Shown piece by piece: positions 57,825 through 64,000 of a stretch of DNA of 64,000 nucleotides. Below the pieces are notes generated by a model, which was given only the letters and a program-made list of their open reading frames with translations, ran no database searches and was not told the DNA's origin. Every line of letters begins with the position of its first letter. Within the stretch, counting starts at the first letter, position 1. Source of the stretch: Antedon mediterranea. Taxonomy: Eukaryota > Animalia > Echinodermata. The position numbers and the translations under genes are program-made. Location: positions 4,836,001 to 4,900,000 of the forward strand of contig NC_092672.1 in the NCBI RefSeq assembly GCF_964355755.1, read 5' to 3'.

Positions 57825-59095
57825 TGTGTACAGAATTTACTTTATAGTATTAATTATTAATTAAGAACGATAACATTAATTGTTTTCCTGTAACAGATAT
57901 ATCCAATACGTACAATACATTGCATTGCATCTCAATCCGGAAAAAAAAGTGTATCAAACGAATCTTATGTTTATCTGGAAACCAAAGAATATATAACATT
58001 TTATATATACCGGCTTCTTATGTGAAACTACTCTAACATTTCCTGTTACAGATACTACTAGCCGATACAGTTCTCAATTTACGTTCATTACGTAAAATGA
58101 TTTCCTAATAGTATTTAAACAAACATCCTATTTCCTCATAATAGTTTTAAATAGCAGATAAATATTAATATTTAGAATTTTCAATATTATGAGGTAAAAA
58201 GTTATGTTAACTCATTTCCTACTGAAATTTAAAATGCCAGGAGAATTGGCATAGTGCTGTTCTTTATATACTGTATCTAAATCAAAAGAAGTTTATAGGT
58301 TCATGTGCCTAGTGAATTTGAAATCATTTGAAAACCGATTCTGTAGATAGTGAAACCAAATTTTTCTGGCCAATCTGACGCCAGTACGCCAGCTATACTC
58401 TTCTGTCCTTTAAGGCAACATTAACTAGACAAAAGTAATGCATATACCGACACTGTTTGTGGTTGCCATAAGTTCCATCAAGTGTTGTAAAAATGATTAT
58501 TAATATTATTTCAAAATTGTTTTAATGATTTTCATGCTGATAAGTATTTAAATAATAGCACATAACTATCTTCTCAATCAATCGGTTAAAAACAGCCTTG
58601 AGACCTCCAGCCAAATTTGTTTGGAACATATTGCAACCCCCACCCCACTCACGATAGATAGATGTCCATAGATCTGCTTGCAGCACTCAATTGCAATTTG
58701 CCAATTCTAATATCACATTTTAGTTCTGTAAAGAAAAATCTGTCTTTGTAGCAAGCAAATTCAATTGGTGTTGTAAGTCTGTTTAAAGAAGTTATTTTTT
58801 TTTAATGTTTTTTATCCTAGAGGCATCTAGGCTTAGCTACAAAATGCAAGTTGTTATAATTTGCAAATTCTAGTAATATCACATTTTAGTTCTGTAAAGA
58901 AAAATCTGTCTTTGTAGGAAGCCAATTCAATTGGTGTAGTATGTCTGTTAAAAGTATTTATTTTTGTATGTTTTTTATCCGTGTCTATTTTTAATTGTTA
59001 TTTTATATATTCACTCATAAGCCATAATTGGCTGGTCTTGTATTACACAAGAGTGTGATTAAATCAATAAATAAAATTAATACCATACTATTCCG

Positions 59096-62000
59096 TCATT
59101 TATAGCTTTCTGCATGGTTGATTTTGACTCCTCCCATCTGCAGTATGTATCTGTCGGGATTATCATCCCATCTTCCTGGTCTTTTTACCTGAAAAATTGT
59201 AACACATCATGTATGTGTACAAACAAGCTGCTTTTTTTCTAGAAGATTTAATTTTGCAAGCATCCAGATTCAGTCAGCTGCACCTTAACTAATATTACTC
59301 CTTAAAAAATTGACGCCTGAATGAGTTTAATGTACTCCTTGAAAGGAAACTTTTGGAAAATAAGAAACATTTCTAACTACAACCAGGATAAAAAATTATG
59401 GTACTAATTAAAATACACAACTTTTCGGGCCAGCACAATGGTTTACCGTGGTAGGAGAGTTGACTGTATCTGATTGGTCGATTTGCTACTGCCATATTCA
59501 TGAGAGACTGATGTTTCATCTTTACCTTTAGATTTCTTTCTGAATCTTTAAGCTCTCTCTCTTTTTGTTTCATCTGATCTGTTTTTGCAGCTTCTCCTCC
59601 ACAACCCCACACCTAAAAAATTCATTTTATTTCTAAATATATTATTTTTACAAATTTTATTACCAATATTAATAAGTAGGCCTAAATATAGGAGCACTAC
59701 ATCAAAAAATTGTCAGCAAAAAAACGAAAATCTAAGATCTAAGGATTTCATAATTAATATGAGACTTTTGAAGTATGGTGAGTTAAGAAAATGTTTTAAA
59801 AAATTGTGGAATATGATCAATTGGCGGTAATATGGTAATATTTAATATCATAAAATAATCATTTTTAATGTAATCTACACACCTCAATTCTTTTTAAAGT
59901 AAACTTCTCCATTTTATATGTAACCTCTTCCATTCCATGTTCAATGGAAACTACAGGATTCCTAGAATTTCGACCAATACTTATTCCTTTTGGAATGTTC
60001 CGAGAACGTATGTTGAAATTCACCATCCCACTTCCTTCTGAAATTAAAATAAATTCAATTTTGTAAACGGGGGGAAAATAAAAACAAAATATTGTAAAGC
60101 AGACAAAGGATGTCAGTGTTAAGGGAGGTGGCTGTACTAAGAGGGGTTTATTAGGTACCGTTTCTGGTATTGGCAGTAAAACTAAATAATTCTAGATTTG
60201 CGTAAACAAATGCAACAAACACTACTTCAATGGCTTACCTTCTATTATTTCATATTTGGATGTTAACGCAATACAAGCACAATTGACGCCACCAATGCGA
60301 TCAGTACTTTCTCTGAACAAAGTAAAATAGTATGAAAAAATCATGTTCCTATCTCATAAAAAAATAATTTGTTAATCTAAAGTACTAAAATTGGCAACTA
60401 ACTAAAAAAAAACTACTTGCTTTTTCATATTGCCATATTAATCCATAGTTCATATTGTTATTATCTACGAATAATGAATCTTTACCTCCACTCTGTATCA
60501 AGAGCAACAGCGACAACATGATCGTTGAACGCAATTAACGTAACTGTCGGACCTCGATACGCTAGAACATGATGTTGAAATCGGTTTATGCTCTGACCGT
60601 GCTCGCTACTGTTGTACAATGTCGTAAAAAATGAATGTCGAGTTTCCAGCTAAAATACAAAAATATTTGTACTAAAAACCAACTAATTTTACAAACTGAA
60701 GGAAATTCCATAATAACAAGTGATTTCAATCAACTTGATAAAATGATATTTGTTTTAAAATACTTACAGAATTGGATGCACTTTGGACACTGGTGTAAAG
60801 AGGTGGAAGACTAGACGTAAACAACCACCAAGATGCCATGTTAAGTAGTTGTCCTGCTGTCTCGCTAAGACCATCAACACAATCTACACTCTGTTTATGA
60901 TAACATTAAATCAAACTATTAAATCACATTTCTAACTTAAAACTAGAATTCTAATGCTTTCTCTTTGTTAGAATTTGTTTGTTTGTTTGTTTTATTGGTG
61001 TCACCACACATTTTAAAATAAAAGATAAAAATTACAAATTGCAAAAAGAAAATTACAATAAACAAGAAAAACAGAATTAGTGTCGATATATGTCTTTAGA
61101 GTAACTGGAAAACTGGACATTTATCAGTTTTGGCTGATCAAAAACTGGACATTTAGCAGTTTGGGCTGACCAAAAACTGGACATTTAGCAGTTTGGGCTG
61201 ACCAAAAACTGGACATTTAGCAGTTTGGGCTGACCAAAAACTGGACATTTAGCAGTTTGGGCTGACCAAAAACTGGACATTTAGCAGTTTGGGCTAACCA
61301 AAAATTGGACTTTGGACAGTTTAAACTGAAAGTCTTCGGAATGATTATCAGACAATTGAAATTTCCGGTTTGGGAAAGTTTTCCGGTTTTTAGAAATCCA
61401 GTGTTCAAATGAATTGACTGTATAATGAATCCTGACCTCTGACATTCCAGGTCGTGTAATCTGAGTTGCCAACCATCGATGCATGTCAGTTACAAGTCTA
61501 GGACAAGTTGTCTGAAGATAATTTTCATCGTTAGACGTCATAATACCTGCTACGACCGATTTCATAGTATTCCTGTCCGCTTCCGATATATTGTGATTAA
61601 TGTTGAGGATGGATAGAAACAAAATGAAACCAGTTTCAACAAATTCTTTAATATCTAAAAACATGGAGAAAACATAAAAAAAAACGATATTAAGTTTTGT
61701 CCCCCAAAAACATGAAAAATGAAGATTAATTAAATCAGACTTTGAATAGGTTATTAAGTTATTCACTTTCGTTGAAAAAAAAATCATGACTATTTTTTTG
61801 CTTTCAATTAAAGTTTTTTCAGGTAAATAAATTTTTGTTCGATCCAATTTTTGGTCAATATGTGACATTAAAATGGCATATTAAAAAAAAAATTGTATGA
61901 ATTATTTTTTAAGGGGGACAATATATCTTTAAGTGGCTTTACCTTTTTCTTCACGTTTCCCATCCTGAGATTCATATAAAGAAAGATAAAACTTGATTTT

Positions 62001-62679
62001 GTCTGCTAATGATTCAATATGCAAAATTTCTAAAAATAAGTTTTTCACATTTTCAAAGAAATCATTATGGTTTGAACTTTGAACCAACTTCCTGTAGATC
62101 CTTCCAGCAAGAGGATGTCCATCGGAGGGAAACGTATTCTATAAAATAAAAAACAAAACAAGTAGTTAATAAAAAAAATATTTATGTTGTGGTTTATTCC
62201 TGCTGCATAAAATACTATTTATAATTGTATACACTGCTAATTATTTTATTGGAAAAATCTTTGCTATACCAACGTCTTTACATCATATCCGAAGAACAGT
62301 AAAGCATCTTGCATAAGGATGCAAATACTGAAGCAATATGGTACAGACAGGATGTCTTTTACATGCTATTCTGAAATACCATCATCATAAGAAACTCACT
62401 TTAAAGTTTTCTTCGGTGACAGACTGACAATCATCTTTAAGTTTCTAAATAATGGAATTTGATAAAGAATATAATTATTGATTTATAACTCTAGGTAACG
62501 AAGGTAACATCAACTGACATGACCAAGATCTTCACAAATCTCAACACAAGGACACGACATCTTAACTGATATTATAAAATGCTACCTACATTCATAAATG
62601 GCTCCAATCTACTAGAAGCTGTCACCTTCTCCGATGTATTTTTTGGAGTCTCAGTTTCTTTGCTGGATTGGCCTCCCAT
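59096..62679 (-). CDS. 10-exon TLDc-domain protein (MEAK7/Rtc5-like, N-myristoylation motif), ~414 aa
   Basis: Coding exons 62679-62590, 62444-62400, 62138-61943, 61654-61437, 60890-60768, 60649-60486, 60312-60239, 60037-59883, 59612-59526, 59188-59096. All introns GT-AG and phase-compatible; total 1245 nt. MGGQSSK start; LYNSSEHGQSINRFQHHVLAYRGPT, IEVWGCGG and WDDNPDRYILQMGG motifs. Confidence 0.88.
61109..61311. repeat. intronic tandem repeat, 32-bp unit x ~6.3
   Basis: AAAACTGGACATTTAGCAGTTTGGGCTGACCA units starting at 61109, 61141, 61173, 61205, 61237, 61269, 61301. Confidence 0.9.
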
Positions 62680-64000
62680 ATTTTCATAAATAGGGTAGGA
62701 CTACTAGATAGCCTGCATATGATACAGTCTTTTTTAAGATAAAAAATAAAAAACAAAATAAACATTTAAAAAAAAAATTATTTATAGGCCTAGGCCTATT
62801 TTTTGCTTAGCATAAACCATTTTGCGACCGAATTTAAAGAACCGCGACCGATATCGTTAAAAACCATTTTAGCCTAGTACTCACTAACTTAATAAGTACT
62901 AGGCCTAGGCCTAGGCCTAGGCCTGTCTATAGACTATAGTATAATATGATGCCTATTACTAATAAGAAGACTAACGCTAGCCTAAGGCATCTAGGCTGAG
63001 CTACACAATGCAAGTTATAATAAGACAAATCTAAAAGTTCACTGCTTACTTATACACCTATGGAATTTTATAATGTTTACAAGTTCATACTCGATATGTT
63101 TTGAAAAGAGCTAGGCCTAGGCCTACGATGGACACGTACAAAGGAGGAGAAGAGCGACGAGGAGGAGGCAGACGACGGCAGGGATCATTAAAAAAAAAAC
63201 GAAAATATTATGGCACGCCAAGGCGGACATAACTAATTTAGATTCAAATTAGATTTAAAAGGTTTTTAAAAAATTCTTGAATAACAATAATAATAATTAA
63301 GTCATACTCGTAAGCATTTGCATCTAATTATTAATTATATCATATAGGCCTGGTCTAGATCCATTTCATTTATTTCACTTTACTAGTAGTAGTACCGGTA
63401 GTAGGCCAAGGCGCGCCTATAGTTCTAGTTACTAATAGTAATACGTAGGCCTATATAAAGTGGAGGAGCCTAAAAAATGATTGAGCATAACTTGTAATAA
63501 TGACGTGAAAAGGCTCCTCAAAGAAAAAATATAAAATATAAATAATATAACAAAATTAGGAACTCCAAAAAAAAAACAATGTAGCCTATAAACGACATTC
63601 AACAATAAACTTTAGACAAAAACGTTTCATCCAGTCCATTTTATGTTTTAAAAAGAGATAATATTCTACATACAAATGTCCATTATAAATTCCTGTTTTT
63701 TTATCCTGGAATCAAAGTTACAAAAAATGAATGTTTTGCAATGACGTCACTTATGTCCATGACAATAGTAACGACTCGCCAATTGTCAAAATATTCGTTA
63801 AAAAGTAAAATTTGTTTAGAAGTTTTAATCACTAGGATTGATTGAATCAACCATTTATTTATTCATTCATTCATTTTGTTACTTAATCAACAATTTCACC
63901 AGTTGTGACGTACGTACCACTATTCTGTATTGCCATTTTTAGATAGCACGGAACTAGTTCCTGGACAAATACTTTTTTTCTTAAATAACTTGTTGTACGA

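Noticed and set aside
61109-61311. 32-bp repeat array resembling a CRISPR
   Set aside because: Units are contiguous with no unique spacers, there are no cas genes, and it lies in an intron of a eukaryotic gene: a minisatellite.
61281-61868. 195-aa ORF as a stand-alone gene
   Set aside because: Only 61437-61654 is a coding exon of the TLDc gene; the rest is intron read-through into the tandem repeat.

Overview
AT-rich animal genomic DNA, probably a marine invertebrate deuterostome such as an echinoderm (inferred from gene and repeat content, not provable here). Bases ~500-57800 hold a tandem array of intronless rhodopsin-class (class A) GPCR genes, all on the minus strand, with olfactory-receptor-like motifs: 13 intact, 2 with lesions only after TM7, 4 clear pseudogenes and several N-terminal stubs. 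The array was built by segmental duplication (~160-15330 repeated at ~20715-37600, plus smaller units), shows mosaic exchange between paralogs, and carries many mobile-element insertions. A 10-exon, ~414-aa N-myristoylated TLDc-domain gene, only fragmentarily visible in the ORF track, occupies 59096-62679 (-). The most striking feature is a 1961-bp non-autonomous DNA transposon (21746-23706, 4-bp TSD) that splits one receptor gene and has asymmetric RSS-like ends (heptamer/12 bp/nonamer on one side, heptamer/21 bp/nonamer-like on the other). Also notable: a receptor pseudogene with a 107-bp inverted self-copy (hairpin), likely P-element excision footprints, and polymorphic TA->TAGGCCTA/TACNGTA scars. 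All coordinates were read by eye.
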